Positions 1-12,954 of a stretch of DNA of 64,000 nt are shown piece after piece. Source of the stretch: Euglena gracilis (taxonomy: Eukaryota); NCBI GenBank assembly GCA_039621445.1, contig CP154954.1:25370954-25434953 (forward strand). The letters run 5' to 3'. Numbering within the stretch: position 1 is the first letter of the stretch; the number at the start of each line of letters is the position of its first letter. Made by a program: the position numbers and the translations under genes. The notes beneath the pieces were generated by a model. The model made no database searches. It saw nothing but the letters and a program-made list of their open reading frames with translations, and had not been told where the DNA came from.

Positions 1-1906
1 GATACAGACCTGTAACTAAAGTCCCCGGGTGAGGATCACCGCCATCATGAGCGGGAGGAGGGAATACCTGCAAAAAAAACAGACGGTAAGTTGATGAATC
101 GGTATTCCGCTTCCTGAAAATGAAAAGGAAGGAATTTCACCGATTCATATTATACTGCAGAGGTCCAAAACTGAAAAGAGTGCCACCAACGAAATTGAAA
201 TCACTGCATGCTCAATGTAATAACAAACACTGCAGTCCCGAACAATCTTGAATGGATCATCAAACCCCACTGAGAAGATGCATCCGAAACAAAGCAGTAA
301 AAAGCCATCAAGATCAAGATGCTGTAACGTCAGCTTAATTGCCAAACAAATGAATGAAATGAATGGTCTCAGCAACCCACGTCCCCCCGGCACACCACCC
401 AGCTCCGCAGCCATGCCAACACCAAACACAAAGGAAAGACACGGGTGGTTCTGGTGTGACGAAGGTGTGCGCAGGTGTGATGGTGCGACGAAGGTTGGGG
501 ACTGGGTCTGGATGGATGCACCAGCCCTGCACCTGCAGGCACTGCCCCTTCAGGACGTGCACTGACTGACCTGTCTGACATGTGCAGCGTGTGTCCCAGG
601 TTTGCTGTATTGATATCCTTCAGTTTCAACCGGATTTTCTTCAATCACAGGTAAATCGTTGTAACCAAAGAGATCAAACTCCACGGTTTCTGGTTTTCTG
701 GCTGGTTTTTCTCTCGTTTCCTTTGTCAGATCCACTGCAGATTCGGCAGATTTAGCTTGCTGATTTTGTTGCAATTTTTTCCGCTCCTGCTGTTACATTC
801 GAAGTTCGCTGCACTGCTGTTGCAGTAAAACTCCAACCTGCTGTTTCATCTTTCATCTTTCATCGAATTTTCCATTTCCGCCCGGATTTTCAGTGTCTGG
901 GTGGAGGTTCGTGTGACCTCGCCATAGAGGTGGCCGGGGGGGGGGGGCACAGAAATTAGGCACTGCAAAAAATGCCCAAAGAACTGCAAATTGTGTAAAA
1001 TACCGACCTTTCAAAACCAAATTTGAGCTGGGCGGCCCTGATGGACGGGGGTCGGGGGGGCTACTGGGCTGCTCTGGTTAGGTTGCAATTTTGGACCCGA
1101 GCCCTACTGATGGTTGGGGTGGAATTTTACCGTAACAGTTTAGACCGTGCCGCTGCGTCTGGGCTGGGCCAAAACCGGGGCCTGGCAGCAGCCCTCTGGT
1201 GGGATTTGCCAAATTGTAAAGAGATGTATGTGCCCCATAATAATCTACCACAACCACTGCTACTGCCAGTGCTGCTACAATGATGCTGTGCTCTGTTGTC
1301 CTAGGAGTAATCCGCATAACATACACCCAATGGAGGGAGCAGAAAGGTCTAAGTTTTGGAGTATACGTATTTGTTTGCTACCCAAAGAAAAACACATGAG
1401 AGGAATACCTCCTGTCTTTCTGTCTGCAAGGGGGTATATGCAACAAAGCCCCTCAAAATATGCAAATACGCAGATGCACTTTTATGTTGGAGAGGACATA
1501 ACGTTGGAAAGGATCATTTTTTCATCTCCTTCAGAAAAAAAATCACTTTGCGACATTAATGCATTTGGTGTGCAATACGGTGCATGTTTTTGGACAATCA
1601 TACAATTATTCAGATTTTTCTGTAACAGGACGCATAAAAGCATAAACAAAACAGTGTCTTTAACAAGTTTTTGAAAAATGCCAAAAAAAAAAGATCAAAA
1701 AATGCACCAAAACTGCACAAAAATGCACACCAAAAGAAAGAGTGGTGCAAACTTGCAAAATGACATTGGTTGGTTTGCCCAGTTTGCTTGACCTCATATT
1801 TCATTATGCAACGATTTTCACTGTTTAAGTTTCTGTGTAGAATTGGTCAAAAAAATTTTGAATTTTGCAACTTCCAGTATTCTTGGAGTAGAGCTGTTTG
1901 CCTGCA

Positions 1907-2095
1907 CCTTCCCCTTGCCCTTGACACGCCAAAATATGGGGAAGGTGCGGTTGACAGGGGGGGGTGTCATGGACACACCGTGCCACATGTACTGTACCAT
2001 AAAAAAAATGGAATTTGGGTACGGGAAAAATGCGGTTGACACGGGGGGGGGGGTTGTTTATGGACCAGCCATGTCAAATACAAAGGGGGGAAAGG
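1907..2095. mobile_element. TA-type MITE nested in the tandem unit (also present in the other copies)
   Basis: Imperfect TIRs CCTTCCCCTTG..TTGACA / TGTCAA..CAAAGGGGGGAAAGG, flanked by CA and TA. The inverted homolog of the host element shows an empty TA site at 54640. Confidence 0.7.
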
Positions 2096-2494
2096 TACAA
2101 TCCCCCCCAAATGTGAGACAAAATATGCAACAATTGCAAAAAAGAAGCTTTCCGCAAATGTTTCATTTTGCAAAAAAAAATCAAATCAACTTGCATTTCC
2201 CTCCCCCTGCTGTCTATCTGTTTCCATGTATAAAAGCTGGCCACCAGTTGTTTGAAAAGGTAGATGGGACTGGGACCTTGAGCAAACCAAGAGTCGGCTT
2301 GCTTCCAAAGTTGGCCAAAACCAAGAAGGGGCCAGCACGAAAAAAAGACATCAACAATACATCCTGGCGGTTGTATACCTCTTTAAGGACCCCAGGGGAT
2401 GTAGCTATGGGATGGATGTAGCTATGTAGGGATGGAGCTATGGTAGAAGTTGGGGCTGGTTAGCTCTCCCCTCTGCACCTACCCAATTGGGGAG

Positions 2495-2553
2495 GTGTTC
2501 CGTGGGGATCGAACTCGAGAACTACTTTTGGGGGCTAACTAACTGAGAACCAC
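2495..2553 (-). mobile_element. Possible tRNA-derived SINE head
   Basis: Minus strand reads GTGGTTCTCAGTTAGTTAG (A-box-like) ... GAGTTCGATCCCC (B-box/T-arm-like). No full cloverleaf; the B-box is intact only in the first array copy. Confidence 0.35.
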
Positions 2554-5500
2554 TCTTGGGGGTCAATCTTGGGGTTCCACAAGAAGATTTCCTGCGCTTC
2601 ATGCAAAAAAATAAGTCATGCAGGTGCCCACGCTGCTGCTGGGCGACTTCAACGGGCCCCTGAGCCCGGTAACCAATTTCCTCAACTCTGGTCGCCGCCC
2701 TCCCTGCGGCCTGCTCGCCGATCTCCTTGGCCCTGGTCATCCCTTGGTGGATGTGCTTCCAAAAAGGGCCGTTTTTTTTTGAGGTTTCTGGAAGAGGTCT
2801 GGTTGAAAGTACTGAGTCATTTGAAAGTGGTCAATGACGTTTTATTCAATTTAGGCATATTATTAGGTTTATTGGAATAGGGAAGCAGCCACCACTGGAT
2901 GGCTCTGCTCGATGACCTGGAGCGCCGTGGGGTGGCCCTGCCGCGGGAGGTGCCGGTGGCTGTGCTGGCAGCGGCAGTGCAGAACGCCATCTCTGCCCGA
3001 CTCCCAGACCTGCAAGCCCTGCTACGGTGTCATCGGGCAGAGCGTTGCAAGCGGTTCAAGGCTGCGCTGCCCCGCTTGTTTATCTGCACTTCAAAATACT
3101 CAAATCTTGAAAACTTTATCTTTTTTGTGTCTGAAGTTGGAGTTTTTGGTAATTTTTCAGGGAAAATTTCATCCGTCCCAGCGCTTCAGGGGGACATTTT
3201 TTGGGGACCTGTATTTGTATTTTTTTCGGCCCAAGGTGGGCTTTTGGGGGATTTTGGGGGATTTGGGGAATTTTATTTTGAGTGGTGTTATTTTTGGGGG
3301 GGGGGGTAGCAGGGCTAGCAGCTCCCCCGGGGAGGGGGTGCCGCTGCGTCTGGGCTGGGCCAAAACCGGGGCCTGGCAGCAGCCCTCTGGGGGGATTTGC
3401 CAAATTGTAAAGAGATGTATGTGCCCCATAATAATCTACCACAACCACTGCTACTGCCAGTGCTGCTACAATGATGCTGTGCTCTGTTGTCCTAGGAGTA
3501 ATCCGCATAACATACACCCAATGGAGGGAGCAGAAAGGTCTAAGTTTTGGAGTATACGTATTTGTTTGCTACCCAAAGAAAAACACATGAGAGGAATACC
3601 TCCTGTCTTTCTGTCTGCAAGGGGGTATATGCAACAAAGCCCCTCAAAATATGCAAATACGCAGATGCACTTTTATGTTGGAGAGGACATAACGTTGGAA
3701 AGGATCATTTTTTCATCTCCTTCAGAAAAAAAATCACTTTGCGACATTAATGCATTTGGTGTGCAATACGGTGCATGTTTTTGGACAATCATACAATTAT
3801 TCAGATTTTTCTGTAACAGGACGCATAAAAGCATAAACAAAACAGTGTCTTTAACAAGTTTTTGAAAAATGCCAAAAAAAAAAGATCAAAAAATGCACCA
3901 AAACTGCACAAAAATGCACACCAAAAGAAAGAGTGGTGCAAACTTGCAAAATGACATTGGTTGGTTTGCCCAGTTTGCTTGACCTCATATTTCATTATGC
4001 AACGATTTTCACTGTTTAAGTTTCTGTGTAGAATTGGTCAAAAATTTTTGAATTTTGCAACTTCCAGTATTCTTGGAGTAGAGCTGTTTGCCTGCACCTT
4101 CCCCTTGCCCTTGACACGCCAAAATATGGGGAAGGTGCGGTTGACAGGGGGGGTGTCATGGACACACCGTGCCACATGTACTGTACCATAAAAAAAATGG
4201 AATTTGGGTACGGGAAAAATGCGGTTGACACGGGGGGGGGGGGTTGTTTATGGACCAGCCATGTCAAATACAAAGGGGGGAAAGGTACAATCCCCCCCAA
4301 ATGTGAGACAAAATATGCAACAATTGCAAAAAAGAAGCTTTCCGCAAATGTTTCATTTTGCAAAAAAAAATCAAATCAACTTGCATTTCCCTCCCCCTGC
4401 TGTCTATCTGTTTCCATGTATAAAAGCTGGCCACCAGTTGTTTGAAAAGGTAGATGGGACTGGGACCTTGAGCAAACCAAGAGTCGGCTTGCTTCCAAAG
4501 TTGGCCAAAACCAAGAAGGGGCCAGCACGAAAAAAAGACATCAACAATACATCCTGGCGGTTGTATACCTCTTTAAGGACCCCAGGGGATGTAGCTATGG
4601 GATGGATGTAGCTATGTAGGGATGGAGCTATGGTAGAAGTTGGGGCTGGTTAGCTCTCCCCTCTGCACCTACCCAATTGGGGAGGGGGTCCGGGGGGAGC
4701 AAACTCGAGAACTACTTTTGGGGGCTAACTAACTGAGAACCACTCTTGGGGGTCAATCTTGGGGTTCCACAAGAAGATTTCCTGCGCTTCATGCAAAAAA
4801 ATAAGTCATGCAGGTGCCCACGCTGCTGCTGGGCGACTTCAACGGGCCCCTGAGCCCGGTAACCAATTTCCTCAACTCTGGTCGCCGCCCTCCCTGCGGC
4901 CTGCTCGCCGATCTCCTTGGCCCTGGTCATCCCTTGGTGGATGTGCTTCCAAAAAAGGGCCGTTTTTTTTTTGAGGTTTCTGGAAGAGGTCTGGTTGAAA
5001 GTACTGAGTCATTTGAAAGTGGTCAATGACGTTTTATTCAATTTAGGCATATTATTAGGTTTATTGGAATAGGGAAGCAGCCACCACTGGATGGCTCTGC
5101 TCGATGACCTGGAGCGCCGTGGGGTGGCCCTGCCGCGGGAGGTGCCGGTGGCTGTGCTGGCAGCGGCAGTGCAGAACGCCATCTCTGCCCGACTCCCAGA
5201 CCTGCAAGCCCTGCTACGGTGTCATCGGGCAGAGCGTTGCAAGCGGTTCAAGGCTGCGCTGCCCCGCTTGTTTATCTGCACTTCAAAATACTCAAATCTT
5301 GAAAACTTTATCTTTTTTGTGTCTGAAGTTGGAGTTTTTGGTAATTTTTCAGGGAAAATTTCATCCGTCCCAGCGCTTCAGGGGGACATTTTTTGGGGAC
5401 CTGTATTTGTATTTTTTTCGGCCCAAGGTGGGCTTTTGGGGGATTTTGGGGGATTTGGGGAATTTTATTTTGAGTGGTGTTATTTTTTGGGGGGGGGTAG

Positions 5501-8500
5501 CAGGGCTAGCAGCTCCCCCGGGGAGGGGGTGCCGCTGCGTCTGGGCTGGGCCAAAACCGGGGCCTGGCAGCAGCCCTCTGGGGGGATTTGCCAAATTGTA
5601 AAGAGATGTATGTGCCCCATAATAATCTACCACAACCACTGCTACTGCCAGTGCTGCTACAATGATGCTGTGCTCTGTTGTCCTAGGAGTAATCCGCATA
5701 ACATACACCCAATGGAGGGAGCAGAAAGGTCTAAGTTTTGGAGTATACGTATTTGTTTGCTACCCAAAGAAAACAACATGAGAGGAATACCTCCTGTCTT
5801 TCTGTCTGCAAGGGGGTATATGCAACAAAGCCCCTCAAAATATGCAAATACGCAGATGCACTTTTATGTTGGAGAGGACATAACGTTGGAAAGGATCATT
5901 TTTTCATCTCCTTCAGAAAAAAAATCACTTTGCGACATTAATGCATTTGGTGTGCAATACGGTGCATGTTTTTGGACAATCATACAATTATTCAGATTTT
6001 TCTGTAACAGGACGCATAAAAGCATAAACAAAACAGTGTCTTTAACAAGTTTTTGAAAAATGCCAAAAAAAAAAAAATTAAAAAATGAACCAAAACTGCA
6101 CAAAAATGCACACCAAAAGAAAGAGTTGGTGCAAACTTTGCAAAATGACATTGGTTGGTTTTGCCCAGTTGCTTGACCTCATATTTCATTATGCAACGAT
6201 TTTCACTGTTTAAGTTTCTTCTGTGTAGAATGGTCAAAAAATTTTGAATTTTGCAACTTCCAGTATTCTTGGAGTAGAGCTGTTTGCCTGCACCTTCCCC
6301 TTGCCCTTGACACACGCCAAAATATGGGGAAGGTGCGGTTGACAGGGGGGGGTGTCATGGAAATGGAATTTGGGTACGGGAAAAATGCGGTTGACACGGG
6401 GGGGGGGGGGGGGGTGGGTTGTTTATGGACCAGCCATGTCAAATACAAAGGGGGGAAAGGTACAATCCCCCCCAAATGTGAGACAAAATATGCAACAATT
6501 GCAAAAAAGAAGCTTTCCGCAAATGTTTTCATTTTGCAAAAAAAAATCAAATCAACTTGCATTTCCCTCCCCCTGCTTTCTATCTGTTTCCATGTATAAA
6601 AGCTGGCCACCAGGTGTTTGAAAAGGTAGATGGGACTGGGACCTTGAGACAACCACGAGACGGCTTGCTTCCAAAGTTGGCCAAAACCAAGAAGGGGGCC
6701 AGCACGAAAAAAAGACACATCAACAATACATCCTGGCGGTTGTATACCTCTTTAAGGACCCCAGGGGATGTAGCTATGGATGGATGTAGCTATGTAGGGA
6801 TGGAGCTATGGTAGAAGTTGGGCTGGTTAGCTCTCCCCTCTGCACCTACCCAATTGGGGAGGGGGTCCGGGGGGAGCAAACTCGAGAACTACTTTTGGGG
6901 GCTAACTAACTGAGAACCACTCTTGGGGGTCAATCTTGGGGTTCCACAAGAAGATTTCCTGCGCTTCATGCAAAAAAATAAGTCATGCAGGTGCCCACGC
7001 TGCTGCTGGGCGACTTCAACGGGCCCCTGAGCCCGGTAACCAATTTCCTCAACTCTGGTCGCCGCCCTCCCTGCGGCCTGCTCGCCGATCTCCTTGGCCC
7101 TGGTCATCCCTTGGTGGATGTGCTTCCAAAAAAGGGCCGTTTTTTTTTGAGGTTTCTGGAAGAGGTCTGGTTGAAAGTACTGAGTCATTTGAAAGTGGTC
7201 AATGACGTTTTATTCAATTTAGGCATATTATTAGGTTTATTGGAATAGGGAAGCAGCCACCACTGGATGGCTCTGCTCGATGACCTGGAGCGCCGTGGGG
7301 TGGCCCTGCCGCGGGAGGTGCCGGTGGCTGTGCTGGCAGCGGCAGTGCAGAACGCCATCTCTGCCCGACTCCCAGACCTGCAAGCCCTGCTACGGTGTCA
7401 TCGGGCAGAGCGTTGCAAGCGGTTCAAGGCTGCGCTGCCCCGCTTGTTTATCTGCACTTCAAAATACTCAAATCTTGAAAACTTTATCTTTTTTGTGTCT
7501 GAAGTTGGAGTTTTTGGTAATTTTTCAGGGAAAATTTCATCCGTCCCAGCGCTTCAGGGGGACATTTTTTGGGGACCTGTATTTGTATTTTTTTCGGCCC
7601 AAGGTGGGCTTTTGGGGGATTTTGGGGGATTTGGGGAATTTTATTTTGAGTGGTGTTATTTTTTGGGGGGGGGTAGCAGGGCTAGCAGCTCCCCCGGGGA
7701 GGGGGTGCCGCTGCGTCTGGGCTGGGCCAAAACCGGGGCCTGGCAGCAGCCCTCTGGGGGGATTTGCCAAATTGTAAAGAGATGTATGTGCCCCATAATA
7801 ATCTACCACAACCACTGCTACTGCCAGTGCTGCTACAATGATGCTGTGCTCTGTTGTCCTAGGAGTAATCCGCATAACATACACCCAATGGAGGGAGCAG
7901 AAAGGTCTAAGTTTTGGAGTATACGTATTTGTTTGCTACCCAAAGAAAAACACATGAGAGGAATACCTCCTGTCTTTCTGTCTGCAAGGGGGTATATGCA
8001 ACAAAGCCCCTCAAAATATGCAAATACGCAGATGCACTTTTATGTTGGAGAGGACATAACGTTGGAAAGGATCATTTTTTCATCTCCTTCAGAAAAAAAA
8101 TCACTTTGCGACATTAATGCATTTGGTGTGCAATACGGTGCATGTTTTTGGACAATCATACAATTATTCAGATTTTTCTGTAACAGGACGCATAAAAGCA
8201 TAAACAAAACAGTGTCTTTAACAAGTTTTTGAAAAATGCCAAAAAAAAAGATCAAAAAATGCACCAAAACTGCACAAAAATGCACACCAAAAGAAAGAGT
8301 GGTGCAAACTTGCAAAATGACATTGGTTGGTTTGCCCAGTTTGCTTGACCTCATATTTCATTATGCAACGATTTTCACTGTTTAAGTTTCTGTGTAGAAT
8401 TGGTCAAAAAATTTTGAATTTTGCAACTTCCAGTATTCTTGGAGTAGAGCTGTTTGCCTGCACCTTCCCCTTGCCCTTGACACGCCAAAATATGGGGAAG

Positions 8501-9134
8501 GTGCGGTTGACAGGGGGGGGTGTCATGGACACACCGTGCCACATGTACTGTACCATAAAAAAAATGGAATTTGGGTACGGGAAAAATGCGGTTGACACGG
8601 GGGGGGGGGGGTTGTTTATGGACCAGCCATGTCAAATACAAAGGGGGGAAAGGTACAATCCCCCCCAAATGTGAGACAAAATATGCAACAATTGCAAAAA
8701 AGAAGCTTTCCGCAAATGTTTCATTTTGCAAAAAAAAATCAAATCAACTTGCATTTCCCTCCCCCTGCTGTCTATCTGTTTCCATGTATAAAAGCTGGCC
8801 ACCAGTTGTTTGAAAAGGTAGATGGGACTGGGACCTTGAGCAAACCAAGAGTCGGCTTGCTTCCAAAGTTGGCCAAAACCAAGAAGGGGCCAGCACGAAA
8901 AAAAGACATCAACAATACATCCTGGCGGTTGTATACCTCTTTAAGGACCCCAGGGGATGTAGCTATGGGATGGATGTAGCTATGTAGGGATGGAGCTATG
9001 GTAGAAGTTGGGGCTGGTTAGCTCTCCCCTCTGCACCTACCCAATTGGGGAGGGGGTCCGGGGGGAGCAAACTCGAGAACTACTTTTGGGGGCTAACTAA
9101 CTGAGAACCACTCTTGGGGGTCAATCTTGGGGTT

Positions 9135-10802
9135 CCAAAAGAAGATTTCCTGCGCTTCATGCAAAAAAATAAGTCATGCAGGTGCCCACGCTGCTGCTGG
9201 GCGACTTCAACGGGCCCCTGAGCCCGGTAACCAATTTCCTCAACTCTGGTCGCCGCCCTCCCTGCGGCCTGCTCGCCGATCTCCTTGGCCCTGGTCATCC
9301 CTTGGTGGATGTGCTTCCAAAAAAGGGCCGTTTTTTTTTGAGGTTTCTGGAAGAGGTCTGGTTGAAAGTACTGAGTCATTTGAAAGTGGTCAATGACGTT
9401 TTATTCAATTTAGGCATATTATTAGGTTTATTGGAATAGGGAAGCAGCCACCACTGGATGGCTCTGCTCGATGACCTGGAGCGCCGTGGGGTGGCCCTGC
9501 CGCGGGAGGTGCCGGTGGCTGTGCTGGCAGCGGCAGTGCAGAACGCCATCTCTGCCCGACTCCCAGACCTGCAAGCCCTGCTACGGTGTCATCGGGCAGA
9601 GCGTTGCAAGCGGTTCAAGGCTGCGCTGCCCCGCTTGTGGAAGGAGGACCTGGGTGTCATCCAATGCTGGCTGCGGGTGCCGTGGGCTCGTGCCCTGTCC
9701 TGGACGCCTTGGGGCAGCAGTGCCTCACCGCGGCGGCTGTGGATGGGGCTGTGCGCGCCTTCTGGGTCGACCAGATGCTGCGGAAACATGCGGGGCTGGA
9801 TGAAGAGGAGCGCTGGAGGGCGTTCATCGGCTCCGGCTTTGGTACCTACAACCCGCCGCCACATGGCCCTCCTCACCCTGGACTGCAACACAGGTGTCTG
9901 CGGCCCTGCGTTTGATGCGGGAAGATGCTGCGCCGGGTCTGGCCGCATCCCATCGCGGTGTGGAGGTCGCTGCCACCTCCTTGGCCGCAGGCCGTCGCGC
10001 GTCTGCTGACGCTCGTGCAGGCGCAGCAGTGCTGGCCATCCTGCTGGCTCGATGCATACGTGGCCAAGATCCCCAAGGCGTCCGGAGGGGCGCGCCCACA
10101 AGACCAACGCCCCATCACGGTCCTCGAGGTCTTGTACCGGCTGTGGGCGAAGGGGATCGTGGCCACGTGGACACCAATTCTTTCAATTCTGAAGAACGTC
10201 TTCCTCTCGGACACCGCCTTCGGCTTCCGCGCTGGCCGCGGTACTTTACACGCAGCGCAAGTGGTGCAATACATCATGCGCCTGCAGCGCCACCGCCGCG
10301 TGGAGCTGTGGGTGGCCTCTTTTGACTTGGCGAAGTGATACGACAGCTTGCCGTGATGGGCTGTGTTCCGGCTGCTGCGGAAGTCGGGCGTGAGGATGTG
10401 GTGGCCACATTCGCTGCATTCTCCGGGACGTGCGCAGGCAGTTCCGCTACGACACCGTCTTCGGCGAGCCGTGGAAGGCGTGCAATGGCCTCGCGCAGGG
10501 CTGCCCGGCAAGCCCCGACTTGCTGAACATCCTGTTTGAGACCTTCCATCGGTGGGCAGCCGCACAGCGCCTGGGGGTGGATGTGGCTGGCCTCCACGTG
10601 GCATCCGTCAGCTTCGCCGACGACCTGGTGCTGCTGGTCCCATCCCAACCGGCAGTGGAGGCATTGATCACGGCGTACCTGGAGTGGTGCGCATTGCTGG
10701 GCATGAAGGTCACGAAGGTCCAGGTCTGGTCCACGCAAGGCCCAGAGCAGGCCGTGTCCGTCGGCGACTCCTCCGTCCTCACCATGGCCGAGTTCCGCTT
10801 CA
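9135..10802 (+). pseudogene. Decayed non-LTR (LINE) retrotransposon ORF2: APE endonuclease fragment plus reverse transcriptase
   Basis: LLLGDFN (APE motif, from ~9176). RT motifs in order: IPKASGGARPQDQRPITVL, AFGFRAGRGT, SFDLAK*YDSL, GLAQGCPASPDLL, SFADDLVLL. In-frame stops (10336, ~10354), frameshifts, and truncation after AEFRF at ~10802. Confidence 0.93.
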
Positions 10803-11335
10803 CTTCCAACAACCAGCTGTGGGAGAGAGGGAGGTACAAATTTTCACGCATTCCTCCGGTCGCGGAGTCAGTTAGGATTTTGTATTTGAAGGGGTTCGAT
10901 TGTTCAAACCTGACGAGTTACATTCGCGTTTACAAATTTTTTTTTTGGCGGGCAGTGTGCAGGGTCCCAGGGGTTTCGTAAAAATTGTGTATTTGCGTAG
11001 TTGCGCAAATTTCAAAAAAACCCTTCAGAGCGAATCCGGCCGCCTAAGTGCGCACTCCGCTTCCAGAATGCGCAGATGCGCATTTTCATTACAGCTACCA
11101 GAATTTTGTGACTCAACAAGAAAAGTGCATTCCCTGTTGTCTGAGGAACTAATTTAGTTTGATGTGAAGCGAGGGCACCTACTGATGAAGAGCCATCAAC
11201 AAGATGGCTCCTCTGGGCTTTTCACCACAGAAACACCGGATAGCGATGGATGTTTATGGTCGTTGGTCAACCATGGTGGCAGCAACGTCGATTTGCTTGG
11301 ACCCCCCCCACCCCCCACCCCCAGGGTTGTCCGCC

Positions 11336-12954
11336 ATGGGCTGCGCCTCCTCCTGCGCCACCGTTGTGCCCCGCGCGGAGGCCCCGCCGTCTCGGGCCGC
11401 CGCCGCCGCCGCTGCCCTGAAGGCAGAGTCCAGCCTGCTCTCTGCCAACCCAAACCGACGTGACTGGTTGGAGCACGTCGAGCGGTGGGTGGGGCAGGCT
11501 TGCCAGGGGTTGCGGGGACACCATATGGTGGTGTACGGTGTTTAGATGGGGGTGTCTCCCCTCACGCCTCCCTCCTGGACCGGAGGGGGTGGTTCGACCC
11601 ACCCCTCTCCACCTGCCCTGGCATCGACCCCTGCCCATGACCGGCAGGGGGGCGGGACCGGGCAGCCAACGGTGAAGCCCCACGCCGCCGCAACCGCCTT
11701 GTTCGACCTGCTGGAGCAGGAGGAGGAGGAGCACTCCCCCAACCAGGTTGCAAGGGCCGAGTAGTCAACGGGGTCAGGCCTCTTTCCTTAACCCCCCCCC
11801 TTGTTGTCGACCACCCCTCATTTACGACCACCGCGCGGTCGCAGGTTGCAGGTTATGAGGGTGTTACGACCACCCCCCTGGTCGCAGGTTGCAGGAACCT
11901 GGTCGTACGACAAGGGGAGGGGGCGGGTAATTGAAACAACTGTATCCTGTGTCGGGCTTTTTTGCCTCCAGCGCGTTGTGGCATTTCGATGTCGCGTGAT
12001 GTGTCGTGGCGTGGTGTTGTGGATATTGTGTCTGTTTGTGTGTCCGGATGTTTGCGTGCGTGCATGGGTTTGTGCTTGTTCGTTGTGTTCGTGCACTGTT
12101 CCATCCTCAAGCCTCTCAGACTTCCTCAGTAACTGGCCCTCTGGTTGCCCGGTTAAGTTCTGAGCCCCCGGGTCTGCCCCTGTCAGTTTCCGTACGCTGT
12201 CTGACGACGAGGACCTGACAGGCCCTACGGCAGCCTGCGCCAGCCCCCTGCCGCGGCGCCGCCCAAACGCCCTCCTCACGTTCCGCGTTCGGGCGCCCCC
12301 ACGGACCCCCCAGGGCGAGAACGTGCTCACGTCCCACCCACTGTTTGCTTTCATGGCCTGTGCTGCAATTGCACAGGTACACCCTGATAAAGCGGCCTGA
12401 TATTGTATGCCCAAGTAAACTACACCCCCTGCTGCAATTTGCTGCATTTCAGTGAAGGCAAATGAGGTGCAAAATGAGACATCAGATTGAAATTGCGCTC
12501 ATTGCCTAAAAGATTGCTTAACAGATTGCAGATGAAATCAAACCACACACACATCAAACAGAGGGTACATAAAATAATGCACGCTGTGGTTTGAAAACGT
12601 GAGATTTGTGGCAGGATTTTGAAATTTGGAGCATTCATCATGTCCTGGGCTTACCCCAAGTTAATGTCTTTATGCCCAACGTGCCCAGAAGGAAATACTG
12701 TAAAGCTTAATGAATTGGGCACACACAGTGCAATTCTGACCCCTCGGCTTGCCCAGCGGGCAGCAGAGCCCATTTCCCAGTGTGGCCCGTCTGCCCATTG
12801 TGGCCCACTCCCCCAAGCCCTGGGCTACGGAACCCCGGCCTCTGCCCCGCACCCACCGGGTCTCCCCCCTCCTCCCCCCGCGGCCCACTCGACCCCCCAG
12901 GGGCCTGCCCGCGGGCCGAAAGCTGCCGCAGCTGCAGTCCGGGATCTGGCTTGG
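11336..12954 (+). CDS. Multi-exon gene 1, uncharacterised protein with N-terminal MGC (3' end unresolved)
   Basis: C-rich tract plus AG (11324) before the ATG. A phase-consistent GT-AG model (11336-11488, 11648-11760, 12187-12376, ~12764-12859, 12901-12954) gives MGCASSC...RRRPNALLTF...PLFAFMACAA...PWATEPRPLP. These motifs align with gene 2. Confidence 0.65.
11791..11927. mobile_element. MITE family B (GTCGTACGAC TIR, TA TSD), short copy in intron 2 of gene 1
   Basis: TA|ACCCCC..TTGTTGTCGACC ... GGTCGTACGACAAGGGG..GCGGG|TA, with internal GGTC(A/G)CAGGTTGCAGG repeats. Confidence 0.8.

Larger units (their letters stand above)
1147..9638 (+). repeat. Tandem array of a ~2.19-kb composite unit (one partial plus three full copies)
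   Basis: Near-identical blocks recur; the MALLDDLERR ORF starts at 2899, 5091, 7267 and 9458. The junction CCCGCTTGT|TTATCTGCAC occurs at 3079, 5271 and 7447. At 9638 the sequence instead continues into LINE ORF2. Confidence 0.97.

Noticed and set aside
2495-2553. Functional tRNA gene
   Set aside because: No acceptor or anticodon stems could be folded; kept only as SINE-like.
5091-8232. 321-aa ORFs repeated in the array
   Set aside because: They are chimeras of LINE linker and non-coding repeat; the frame depends on homopolymer length (broken in the 2899 copy) and is not kept in the homolog at 54-55 kb.
10336-10356. TGA readthrough or alternative genetic code in the RT
   Set aside because: Nearby frameshifts and truncation show ordinary pseudogene decay.
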